Part shown: positions 9,096-17,770 of the stretch, in pieces
Numbering within the stretch: the stretch's first letter is position 1
Layout: the number at the start of each line of letters is the position of its first letter
NCBI GenBank assembly: GCA_951812955.1
Contig: OX638340.1
Coordinates: 2,240,001-2,304,000, forward strand
Direction: 5' to 3'
Length of the DNA: 64,000 nucleotides
DNA from: an uncultured Gemmatimonadota bacterium
GTDB taxonomy: Bacteria; JAAXHH01
The notes under the pieces: model-generated
Databases searched by the model: none
What the model saw: only the letters and a program-made list of their open reading frames with translations
Told to the model about the DNA's origin: nothing
Position numbers and translations under genes: made by a program

Positions 9096-10184
9096 ATGAG
9101 CACCGATCAAGCTGACCAGGAACACGGCATCAAGGCGGTCAACCAGGAATTCACGCAATACGACCAGGTGAAGAAGGAACAGACCTACAACCTGGCCGAA
9201 GGCGCGGCGGAGGAGGAATTCGACGAGGAAACGCAGATCAGGACCTGCGACATGAACCTGTTCCATCACGGCGGACCGGAGGGCAAGGCGCAGTTCGCCC
9301 GGGACATCGGTGAGGCCATGGAGGGCATCGGTTTCGTGATCCTCGAGAACCATGAAATCCCGGCCAGCCTGTACGTCGAGGCCGAGCGCAAGGTAGCCGA
9401 GTTCTTCACGTCCACGCCTATAGCGGATAAGATGAGATACGAGGCCCAGCGGCACGGGTCGGTCAACCAGGGCTACTTCCCCATCAAGCAGACCAGCCGG
9501 ATGCATCCCGATCTCGTCGAGGGCTGGGTATTCTGCCGGCGGGCCTTCAACCTGGGCGAGAACCCGGACTACCGCGAAACGGACTACTGGCCCGCGACCG
9601 GATACGAACCCTTTTTCCGCCAGGTCATCCGGCATCACGAAGGTCTGATCCTGCCCCTCATGCAGAGCATCCTGGCCTATCTCGGCTGTGACTCGACAAT
9701 GTACGACGAGAAACTCACGCGAACGAACTTCGGCTTCCGGCTCAACTACTACCCGCCCATCACCCGGGAGGACGACGAGTCCGGCGCCGGACGCATGCTG
9801 GGCCATGAGGACGTGGACCTGTTCACCATCCTGCCCTCCCACGGGGTGGATGGCCTGCAGGTGCTCAACCGCGAAAACATGAAGTGGATCCGCCTCAATC
9901 CGCCCGAGGGCAGCATCATCATCAACACCGGCGACTACATGCAGCGGATCACCAACGACCGCCTTCCTTCCACCACGCACCGTGTCAGCAAGCCTATCGA
10001 CACCAGTCTCTACGAATCGGCCCGCATCAGCATTCCCATGGCCGTATACGTCTGGGAGGAAGAAATGCTCGAGGTGCTGCCCAACACGGGCGAGCCCAAG
10101 TACGAACCCATCTCCGCCGTCCAGTTCCACACCCGGACCACGAGCAAGTACTACGGCGACGATTATGCGGTGGATGATGATTGA
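9096..10184 (+). CDS. 2-oxoglutarate/Fe(II)-dependent oxygenase, isopenicillin-N-synthase-like (DIOX_N + 2OG-FeII_Oxy) family
   Basis: HxD...H facial triad (GHEDVDLFTILP ... STTHRV) with the DSBH core GLQVLNRENMKWIRLNPPEGSIIINTGD. Confidence 0.75.
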   Translation: MSTDQADQEHGIKAVNQEFTQYDQVKKEQTYNLAEGAAEEEFDEETQIRTCDMNLFHHGGPEGKAQFARDIGEAMEGIGFVILENHEIPASLYVEAERKVAEFFTSTPIADKMRYEAQRHGSVNQGYFPIKQTSRMHPDLVEGWVFCRRAFNLGENPDYRETDYWPATGYEPFFRQVIRHHEGLILPLMQSILAYLGCDSTMYDEKLTRTNFGFRLNYYPPITREDDESGAGRMLGHEDVDLFTILPSHGVDGLQVLNRENMKWIRLNPPEGSIIINTGDYMQRITNDRLPSTTHRVSKPIDTSLYESARISIPMAVYVWEEEMLEVLPNTGEPKYEPISAVQFHTRTTSKYYGDDYAVDDD

Positions 10185-10380
10185 CGGGGACTGTTGAATC
10201 GAAATGGCTGATTCGATGTGGACGACGACTGACTAAATCGGGGCAGAAGCGGACCCTCTTCGAGCATTCGGAAGGTCGACGACCGAAGACGAAGCGATAA
10301 TACGTCTGTCGGCCACCCAGCGGCCCGCGAATGACCACCCGTGGTAGACGACGACAGGCGGGATCCAGGAAAGGCTAAGC

Positions 10381-11136
10381 ATGACTCCCCACGAAAGATA
10401 CCTCTTCGACCTGCAGGGTTTTATCGAGGTCCCGGACGCGTTGGACGCCGGGCAGCTCGCAGAACTGAACGGCATACTGGACGAGAAGATCGACGGGGCC
10501 ATGGCACCCGGCGCCACCACCCACCGATTCGGCTTCACCCTGCTCGACTGGGGACCAACCTACCGGGAACTGATCGACAATCCGCGGATAGATCCTTATC
10601 TGGAACAACTGATCGGTCCGAAGTACCGGCTGGACCACGATTATGCCGATATCATCCGAAAAGGCGACGGTCCAATCGGCACGACCCTCCACGGAGGCGC
10701 CATCCCCTTCGACCCCCTCTACTCCTACACCTGCACCAACGAAGAGATCCGTTGCGGCCTGACTGTGGTCGCCTACTACCTGAAGGACGTAAATCCAGGC
10801 GACGGCGGATTCGGCTGCGTGCCCGGCAGCCATAAGAGCAACTTCCGGTTCCCGGACGAGTGGCGCAACCTCAAGACCGACCAGCCCTTCATCCGCGCCG
10901 TAACCGGCAAGGCCGGCACCGCCGTCATATTCACCGAGGCCCTGACCCACGGCACCATGCCCTGGCACGGTGACGAGCGCCGCACCCTCTTCTACAAGTA
11001 CTCGCCCAATTCGATATCCTGGTACGCGGAATACTATGACGCCGACCGGTACGAAGGTCTGACGGAACGGCAGCAGGAGATCCTTGAGGCACCGAACGCG
11101 CGGTATGGAGAACGGTCTAAGCGTGGGGTTGTGTAG
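10381..11136 (+). CDS. Phytanoyl-CoA dioxygenase (PhyH) family protein
   Basis: N-terminal ERYLFDLQGFIEVPDALDAGQL, typical of PhyH-family proteins. 251 aa. Confidence 0.65.
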   Translation: MTPHERYLFDLQGFIEVPDALDAGQLAELNGILDEKIDGAMAPGATTHRFGFTLLDWGPTYRELIDNPRIDPYLEQLIGPKYRLDHDYADIIRKGDGPIGTTLHGGAIPFDPLYSYTCTNEEIRCGLTVVAYYLKDVNPGDGGFGCVPGSHKSNFRFPDEWRNLKTDQPFIRAVTGKAGTAVIFTEALTHGTMPWHGDERRTLFYKYSPNSISWYAEYYDADRYEGLTERQQEILEAPNARYGERSKRGVV

Positions 11137-11214
11137 GTGGGCTTTACGGATAGACCAGTTGATATTACGACCACATTTATTTGCTCATTGATTTACTGTA
11201 TCTCGAGGTTACAA

Positions 11215-11505
11215 ATGGACGTTAAGGAAGCCGTAAGTACGGCCATAAAACATATTGCAGATGTATACTCGGAAGAGGGAATCTCGCATATTGGATTAGA
11301 AGAGGTAGAATACGACGAGATTAACTCACAATGGAACGTGACCGTTGGATTTGCACGTAAGTGGGACTTCCCTACTCCGGTTCTTATCCCCGTATTACCT
11401 TCACCAAGACCAAACCAAAGAACCTACAAAATCGTAGTAATTCGTGATAGAGACAAGAAGGTCACCGCAATGAAGATAAGGGATTTAGCTACGTCGAATG
11501 AATAG
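11215..11505 (+). CDS. Small hypothetical protein, possible cognate partner of the downstream PIN protein. First gene of the lower-GC insert.
   Basis: ATG with AGG Shine-Dalgarno about 8 nt upstream. The ORF track starts at a GTG at 11137, immediately after the PhyH stop. The 3' end overlaps the PIN gene by 8 nt. No recognisable antitoxin fold. Confidence 0.4.
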   Translation: MDVKEAVSTAIKHIADVYSEEGISHIGLEEVEYDEINSQWNVTVGFARKWDFPTPVLIPVLPSPRPNQRTYKIVVIRDRDKKVTAMKIRDLATSNE

Positions 11506-11968
11506 TGTGCTTATAGATACGAATCTACTTGTCCTTTTGGTTGTAGGATCTACCGATAGAGAGTTTATTAGTCGACATAAACGCACAAAATCGTTCATAC
11601 CCAGAGACTATGACGAACTGACACGTCTGTTGTCGGGATCTCGTGAGTTATGGGTTACTTCTCACTGTCTGGCAGAGACATCGAATCTTCTGAAGCAAAC
11701 CGATAAAACAAAAGCACAGATCTTGTTACATACTCTTGCGGCCTACTGCGATATTGCCCGCGAATCGCATATTCCCAAAGAGACGGTATTTGGATACGAG
11801 AACTACCGCAGACTTGGCGTCACCGACACCGGCTTCATATACTCATCCGAAACAGTCTCTCGATCTATAACAGTAGATTTCAACTTGTACATCGAACTGA
11901 GTAACCTTGGCAGAGAAGTGATAAACTTCCACCACATCCGTGCTTCGTATCTCCAGAATGTCGATTGA
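11498..11968 (+). CDS. PIN-domain protein (VapC-like putative RNase toxin)
   Basis: N-terminal MNSVLIDTNLLVLL is the hallmark PIN start. 156 aa. Located in the lower-GC island. Confidence 0.6.
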   Translation: MNSVLIDTNLLVLLVVGSTDREFISRHKRTKSFIPRDYDELTRLLSGSRELWVTSHCLAETSNLLKQTDKTKAQILLHTLAAYCDIARESHIPKETVFGYENYRRLGVTDTGFIYSSETVSRSITVDFNLYIELSNLGREVINFHHIRASYLQNVD

Positions 11969-12089
11969 CACGACGATCACACAGTTTTGCACATTCCAGT
12001 GCTTAGTTTTTGGTCAAGACCAACCTGTAGTTAAAACCAACCAATGGCCCTGAAGAAATCCCAAAATTTGGTAAACACTGCCAGGAGAG

Positions 12090-13034
12090 ATGCCACCTAT
12101 GCTTGACGAATTGGTTGGATGTATCGATGAACTTAAAGATCGTATTTCCAAATACCGAAACTCACTAAATGAGAACGAAACTCGTACTCGAATGCAGTTA
12201 ATAGATCCGCTGCTTCGTGTGCTGGGCTGGGACGTCTCCGATCCACGGTACGTTATCCCAGAATTCAAGGTGTCCGATGGTTGGGCTGACTATGCCTTAT
12301 TGCGGGATGATGGTAAGCCTGCTGCTATGGTGGAAGCTAAAAAACTGGACGAACCGTTAAAGCCCGCACACCGTGCTCAGATGTTGAAATACGCAATTGA
12401 GTTGGGTATCCCATACACTGGTTTGACAGATGGAAATCACTGGGAGTTGTACAATGTTTTCCAACCGGTACCTATGGAGGACAAACAGATCTTGGATGTT
12501 ACTTTATTGGATTCCCACTCCCACGAAAGTGCACTAAAGTTACTGCTGCTCTGGAATCCAAATCTAGACGCCGGCAGCGCGGTGAAAGCAAATGAACCTG
12601 TTCTCGTCGACACTCAGAATGGCGGTTCGATTCCTCCAATAATCGTTCCGCCACCATCGAACTGGAAGGCACTTTCAGATTACGAACCACCAGCAGGAAC
12701 ACCCGCACCTAAGGCTATTAGGCTTTGGGATGACTCAGAAAGAGAAGTGCATCATTGGTATGAAATTCTCACCATAGTAGCCGAAAAGCTCTACAACGAA
12801 AATGTCCTTACATTGGAACATATACCGATTCAATGGGCTAAAAAGACCTATAGTATTCACTCTCAACCAGTACATCCGACCGGCAACAAGTTTGAAAATC
12901 ATAAAGAAATCGGTAACTCGGGATTGTTCGTAAACGTAAATTTAAATACCGGTCAAGTACGAAATAACACCCGGAATCTACTGAAGAAATACAACATTGG
13001 TACAGAGAAGGTTTACCTCAAGGTAGCCGATTAG
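12090..13034 (+). CDS. Stand-alone type I restriction enzyme HsdR N-terminal-like (PD-(D/E)xK nuclease) domain protein with an uncharacterised C-terminal half
   Basis: NETRTRMQLIDPLLRVLGW ... DGWADYALL ... AAMVEAKKLDE matches the HsdR_N motif (ETRT..IDP.L..LGW, D...EAK). Confidence 0.6.
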   Translation: MPPMLDELVGCIDELKDRISKYRNSLNENETRTRMQLIDPLLRVLGWDVSDPRYVIPEFKVSDGWADYALLRDDGKPAAMVEAKKLDEPLKPAHRAQMLKYAIELGIPYTGLTDGNHWELYNVFQPVPMEDKQILDVTLLDSHSHESALKLLLLWNPNLDAGSAVKANEPVLVDTQNGGSIPPIIVPPPSNWKALSDYEPPAGTPAPKAIRLWDDSEREVHHWYEILTIVAEKLYNENVLTLEHIPIQWAKKTYSIHSQPVHPTGNKFENHKEIGNSGLFVNVNLNTGQVRNNTRNLLKKYNIGTEKVYLKVAD

Positions 13035-13444
13035 GTAGTTTCGTTGACCTACCATGTTGAGGAGTGATATTTCTTGATCTCCACAGACAAGGTTAAGGGT
13101 AAACCACAGCATACCTCCTCACTATCAGGCACGGTTCCTCAGTACGTTGAAGCGATATCAGCAACTCGCTAGCTAGCAGCTACCTGCCCCGTCGCATGGA
13201 ATACTGGGTACAAACCGTCTTTCACTTTAGTGGCGATTTGTTCACGGCTCCGTTCGTCAAATACAATTGAGCCCACTAATTCCACCTGTTTACCTCGACA
13301 AACAAGAGTACAGATCAATCACTTCGTATGACAAAACTCATTCAACTTCTATTCGAAATTGGAATCGGTGACCACCACTCAACCTCTGAATCGTGTGAGA
13401 CTGATGAAGATTCGCTGGTACATGGAAAGGATAATGGAGTGTAA

Positions 13445-15622
13445 TTGATGAATTCAACGTCTGAAGAAACCACCACCCGTCCCTGTTGGTTTGTGGGCGC
13501 CAGTTATTCTGGTACGGGCGATCAAACTGAGCGATTTCTCACGGAAGGTATCTGGGAGAACGGCTTCGACAACGATCATCCGGCCGTCGCGATGACCAAA
13601 ACCATTCAGCCCGGAGACCCAATCGCGATCAAGTCCGCCTACGTTCGCAAACACGACCTACCTTTTGACAGTCGCAACCAGTTCGTATCCGTAATGGCGA
13701 TCAAGGCCATCGGGACGGTTTTAGAGAACATCGGTGATGGCCATACCGTTAAGGTTAAATGGAATAAGGAGGTAACTCCGCGAGAATGGTATTTCTTTAC
13801 TAACAGAGGTACAGTTTGGAAAGTATCGCCTGGTAGTGACTGGTATTCCGACGCCCTGATCGGATTCGCGTTCGAGAACAAGCCGCAGGATATCGATCGT
13901 TTCTTAAAAGTGCCGTATTGGAGGGAGAGGTATCGAGGAGACACGCTCAATGATCAACGGTTTGCGTGGACGAGGTTCTACGAGGCCTTTGCGGATAAGC
14001 TGCTCACATATAGGAACAAGCGCTTAGACTTAATAAATGGTATACAAGAAATAGCTGCCAGAGAGTATGCCATGTTGGTTCTGAGGGATCAGTTTCGGGA
14101 CGGTACGATCGGTCCACTCAAAGACATATGCCCATTTACTACCATCGGATTGTTCAATAAGGGAATAACGAATAGCAATCGAAGATCAATTGCATCAGAA
14201 CTCGCTGAATTGCTGGGAGTGTCAGAGTCGGTTCCGGATTCATTCGATGGAATACCTGTTCTCAACAATCAGAATTCCTGGTTTTTTTCGTATGAAAAAA
14301 ACCGACGACCGGAAGATATTGAAATCCTTTGGAATGTTTACTCCCGTGCAATTGCCTTCGCTGATTCAGATGATTCCGATGCGCGATCTGCTTTCGTCTC
14401 TGCTTACGACGACGCATCCGAGGTTTCTCACGTAGGTTGGAAACTTACATTTGGGCTGTATTGGATACGGCCTTGGGATTTCCCCGTCCTCGACACGAAT
14501 ACCCGGCGTTACCTGGACAAGAAACTCAATATTGAGATCGGACTAAATGGACCGAAAAGGGGATACTGTAGTGCGAACGACTACCTGACGGTCCATGACA
14601 CACTTGAAAAGAGGTTTCTGGAGGACACATATCCGGTTCGTTCTTTTCCAGAACTAGCACGCGAAGCCTGGTTGTATAAGCCCGGTGACCCGGATCCCCC
14701 GCCAGATAGCGGTCTGGATCCCCCGCCACCACCTGTCCCTTATTCACTCGATGATATCGTGAAAGACGGCTGTTTCATTGCCAGAGATAAACTCGAGTCG
14801 ATACTCAATCGACTCCGTACCAAGAAAAACCTCATTCTACAAGGCCCTCCAGGAACCGGGAAGACTTGGCTCGCCAGGAAGTTGGCCTACGCTTTGATCT
14901 GTGAGCGAGACGAAAGCAAGGTTCGTTCGGTACAGTTCCATCCCAATCTCTCTTACGAAGATTTCGTACGTGGTTGGCGGCCGGCGGGAGATGGTAAACT
15001 TACGCTCGTAGATGGCCCCTTCATCGCCATAAGGGACGAGGCCGAAAAAGATCCTACTACTCGATACGTCTTGGTCATCGAAGAGATCAACCGGGGCAAT
15101 CCCGCACAGATTTTCGGCGAGATGCTGACATTGTTGGAGACCGACAAGCGAACTCCAGACGAAGCCTTGGAATTGGTTTATTCAAAGACTCCGGATGAGC
15201 GATTCTTTGTTCCTAACAATCTGTTTGTCATCGGGACGATGAACATTGCTGATCGTTCACTGGCACTTGTAGACCTGGCATTACGCCGTAGATTTGCATT
15301 TATCGATCTGGAACCTACCCTTGGCAAGACTTGGCGAGACTGGGTCCATTCTAAAAACGGGATAGATAACGAGACTCTCACCGAAATTGAGCATCGTATA
15401 GATGATCTGAACCGGACGATCTCCAATGATTCCGGTCTTGGCTCGCAATTTCGCTTGGGGCACAGTTATGTGACGCCGCCGTTTGAACAGCCGATTAAAG
15501 ATGGGAGAAAGTGGTACAGGGAAGTCGTTGAAACGGAAATTGGACCACTACTCGACGAATACTGGTTCGAAGACCTCGCGAAATCTAGAAACGCAAAAAA
15601 GAAACTTTTGGATGGTTTTTAG
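13445..15622 (+). CDS. mcrB: McrB-family AAA+ GTPase (5-methylcytosine-specific restriction subunit homolog) with a long (about 440 aa) divergent N-terminal region
   Basis: McrB signatures are present: ILQGPPGTGKTW (Walker A), FHPNLSYEDFVRGWRP, VIEEINRGNPAQIFGE (NxxN GTPase motif), FVIGTMNIADRS and ALRRRFAFIDL. Confidence 0.85.
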   Translation: MMNSTSEETTTRPCWFVGASYSGTGDQTERFLTEGIWENGFDNDHPAVAMTKTIQPGDPIAIKSAYVRKHDLPFDSRNQFVSVMAIKAIGTVLENIGDGHTVKVKWNKEVTPREWYFFTNRGTVWKVSPGSDWYSDALIGFAFENKPQDIDRFLKVPYWRERYRGDTLNDQRFAWTRFYEAFADKLLTYRNKRLDLINGIQEIAAREYAMLVLRDQFRDGTIGPLKDICPFTTIGLFNKGITNSNRRSIASELAELLGVSESVPDSFDGIPVLNNQNSWFFSYEKNRRPEDIEILWNVYSRAIAFADSDDSDARSAFVSAYDDASEVSHVGWKLTFGLYWIRPWDFPVLDTNTRRYLDKKLNIEIGLNGPKRGYCSANDYLTVHDTLEKRFLEDTYPVRSFPELAREAWLYKPGDPDPPPDSGLDPPPPPVPYSLDDIVKDGCFIARDKLESILNRLRTKKNLILQGPPGTGKTWLARKLAYALICERDESKVRSVQFHPNLSYEDFVRGWRPAGDGKLTLVDGPFIAIRDEAEKDPTTRYVLVIEEINRGNPAQIFGEMLTLLETDKRTPDEALELVYSKTPDERFFVPNNLFVIGTMNIADRSLALVDLALRRRFAFIDLEPTLGKTWRDWVHSKNGIDNETLTEIEHRIDDLNRTISNDSGLGSQFRLGHSYVTPPFEQPIKDGRKWYREVVETEIGPLLDEYWFEDLAKSRNAKKKLLDGF

Positions 15623-16743
15623 TGGTGAATGGCCCAGTAGTTAGTACGGCTGACGAGACGATCGAACAGGCCGGGTATATCGGTCGTATCCCTTTACGAA
15701 ATATCTGGCTGCTCATGCTTTACGCCTCTGACCTTTTCAGGCAACTTGATGCGTCTGAATACCGCTCCTTCGAAGATAATCCTGATGACCTGCCCGATCT
15801 GGTTGCCGAGATCCTATCACATGAAGTCGAACGTCGACTAAAGCGAAATCTGAGTTACGGCTACCAATACCGTAACGAAGTGCTCGGACGGGTTCGCGGA
15901 CGTATCGACCTTTTACAAACCGAAGCTCATCAACTACTGCAACGCGGCATGGTCGCCTGTCGATTCGACGAACTGACAATCGACACACCGAGGAACAGGT
16001 ACGTTCGATCCGCCCTCGAGATGATATCCAAATATGTTCGTCGAAAAGACCTGGCTCACCAGTGCAGGTCCCTCGTTGGAAGCCTTAGGCGACAGGGAGT
16101 CGTTGGAGAACGACCTGGGCGTGAGGTGACGTCAGTTGAGCGATACGGTAGACATGACGCTGTTGACCGCAAGATGGTGGATGCGGCTCGTCTTGCCTTC
16201 GAAATGGCCATTCCGACCGAGCAGACCGGTTCCAGGCACCTTCCACTACCGGACCGTGATATAAACTGGATTCGCAGACTCTATGAGAAAGGCGTTGCAG
16301 GATTCTATGATGTGGTACTTTCCAGAAGGGGATGGAATGTGTATCCGGGAACGATTCTCAGATGGCCCACGACAGTCAGAAGTCCGCGAATAGACGGGAT
16401 ACTACCCTCCATGCGGACCGATATTGTGTTGGATCATGTTGACGAAGGCCGACGGATCGTTATAGACACGAAATTCAACTCGGTTTTGTCGAGAGGTTGG
16501 TATCGAAATGAAGGGATACGAAGCGGATACATGTACCAGATCTATGCTTACCTTAGGTCGCAGGAAGAGAGTGGTGATCCGCTTGATTGTAATGCAGAGG
16601 GAATGTTTCTCCATCCGTCGGTTGGTGAGATGTTCAACGAATGGGTAGATATTCAGGGTCATCGGATCCACTTCAATACCGTTGATCTCGCAACCGATAC
16701 ACAGACCATCAGATCGCAGTTGTTGGATGCGGTGAAACCTTAA
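15622..16743 (+). CDS. mcrC: McrC-family nuclease subunit
   Basis: GTG start overlapping the mcrB stop (TAGTG), 373 aa, C-terminal PD-(D/E)xK-like IVLDHVDEGRRIVIDTKF. Position immediately after mcrB supports the call. Confidence 0.7.
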   Translation: MVNGPVVSTADETIEQAGYIGRIPLRNIWLLMLYASDLFRQLDASEYRSFEDNPDDLPDLVAEILSHEVERRLKRNLSYGYQYRNEVLGRVRGRIDLLQTEAHQLLQRGMVACRFDELTIDTPRNRYVRSALEMISKYVRRKDLAHQCRSLVGSLRRQGVVGERPGREVTSVERYGRHDAVDRKMVDAARLAFEMAIPTEQTGSRHLPLPDRDINWIRRLYEKGVAGFYDVVLSRRGWNVYPGTILRWPTTVRSPRIDGILPSMRTDIVLDHVDEGRRIVIDTKFNSVLSRGWYRNEGIRSGYMYQIYAYLRSQEESGDPLDCNAEGMFLHPSVGEMFNEWVDIQGHRIHFNTVDLATDTQTIRSQLLDAVKP

Positions 16744-16834
16744 ACTGACTTTGCTCTCGACATAGTCGTTCCACCAGCCCATTTCCCGCATCCGTTTGGT
16801 GTGTTCGGCAGCTTCGGTAATCTCAAGATTTGAC

Positions 16835-17761
16835 TCACCCCGCCTTCCTGAAGACCTCGAAACGACGGTCCAGCCGGTCCTGGTCCGGATGGTCACGGGT
16901 GCGTGAAGGCAGGTGCAGTCCCGATCCGTCCAGTTGCTTGAGGGCCTGGAGCATGGGACCGTCATCCTTGTCCAGCAGGCGGTCGGATACGTGCAGCCGG
17001 TAGTCGGGATCAATGCCGATCAGGTGGGCGTCAAAGGCCGCATGATGAATCTTGGACAGGGCCAAGCCGTTGGGTACGACGGGTTGTCCCAATGCCTCGT
17101 CGCCATCGGCAATGATGTGGGCGGCATCCAGTAACTGCGTTTCCGGTAGGCCGGTAATGGCACAGCGGCCGCGATAGGCGTGAAGGACAGCCTCGCGGAA
17201 CGTGGCTTGGTGGAGTCGTTCCTTGACCATGCGCAGGGCATACCGCCGCTCTACCGCGTTAATCGGAGCTTCCATCTCGGCCTGGTTGGGGTTCCCAAAG
17301 GCAAGCGTGGACTTGAGCGCGAATCCATCCCAATTGGAGATGAAGGTGGGAATGATCGCCTGATACCGGCTGGGAGACACACCGAGAAAGTAGATCACGG
17401 GAATCTGATTCTCCCAGGCAACCTTTAACCACTGGTTGTCTGCTGCTGCCGGGTCCTGTCCCATGAAGGCGTAGTCCACGGAATCGTTGCCCTCGAAAAT
17501 CTGGCTGTGGACCTGCTTTTGGTCGTCGTACCAGACTCGGCCGCCCGGTCTGGGGTACACGGTCCTGATCGAGAGAAGGTACCGCATCCGGCGCGGCTTG
17601 AATATGCCCCGCTGCGGATTGACAAGGGGGATCCTTTCGCCTTCGAATACGAACCCCGGCGCCAGTTCGTCCCTCGTAAGGTGGCCATGGGTTTCACTCA
17701 GCCGCCGCACGTGATCGAACGCGGCCATCCGCATCCTCGGATCTCGGTCGTCGACGTTCAT
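16835..17761 (-). CDS. HNH_2-family endonuclease with an N-terminal putative DNA-modification reader domain (type IV restriction-like)
   Basis: C-terminal YRGRCAITGLPETQLLDAAHIIADGDE ... NGLALSKIHHAAFD is the HNH_2 pattern (C..TG...L.AAHI.P ... NGL.L....H..FD). Confidence 0.7.
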   Translation of the reverse strand: MNVDDRDPRMRMAAFDHVRRLSETHGHLTRDELAPGFVFEGERIPLVNPQRGIFKPRRMRYLLSIRTVYPRPGGRVWYDDQKQVHSQIFEGNDSVDYAFMGQDPAAADNQWLKVAWENQIPVIYFLGVSPSRYQAIIPTFISNWDGFALKSTLAFGNPNQAEMEAPINAVERRYALRMVKERLHQATFREAVLHAYRGRCAITGLPETQLLDAAHIIADGDEALGQPVVPNGLALSKIHHAAFDAHLIGIDPDYRLHVSDRLLDKDDGPMLQALKQLDGSGLHLPSRTRDHPDQDRLDRRFEVFRKAG

Positions 17762-17770
17762 CTCAGTCCT

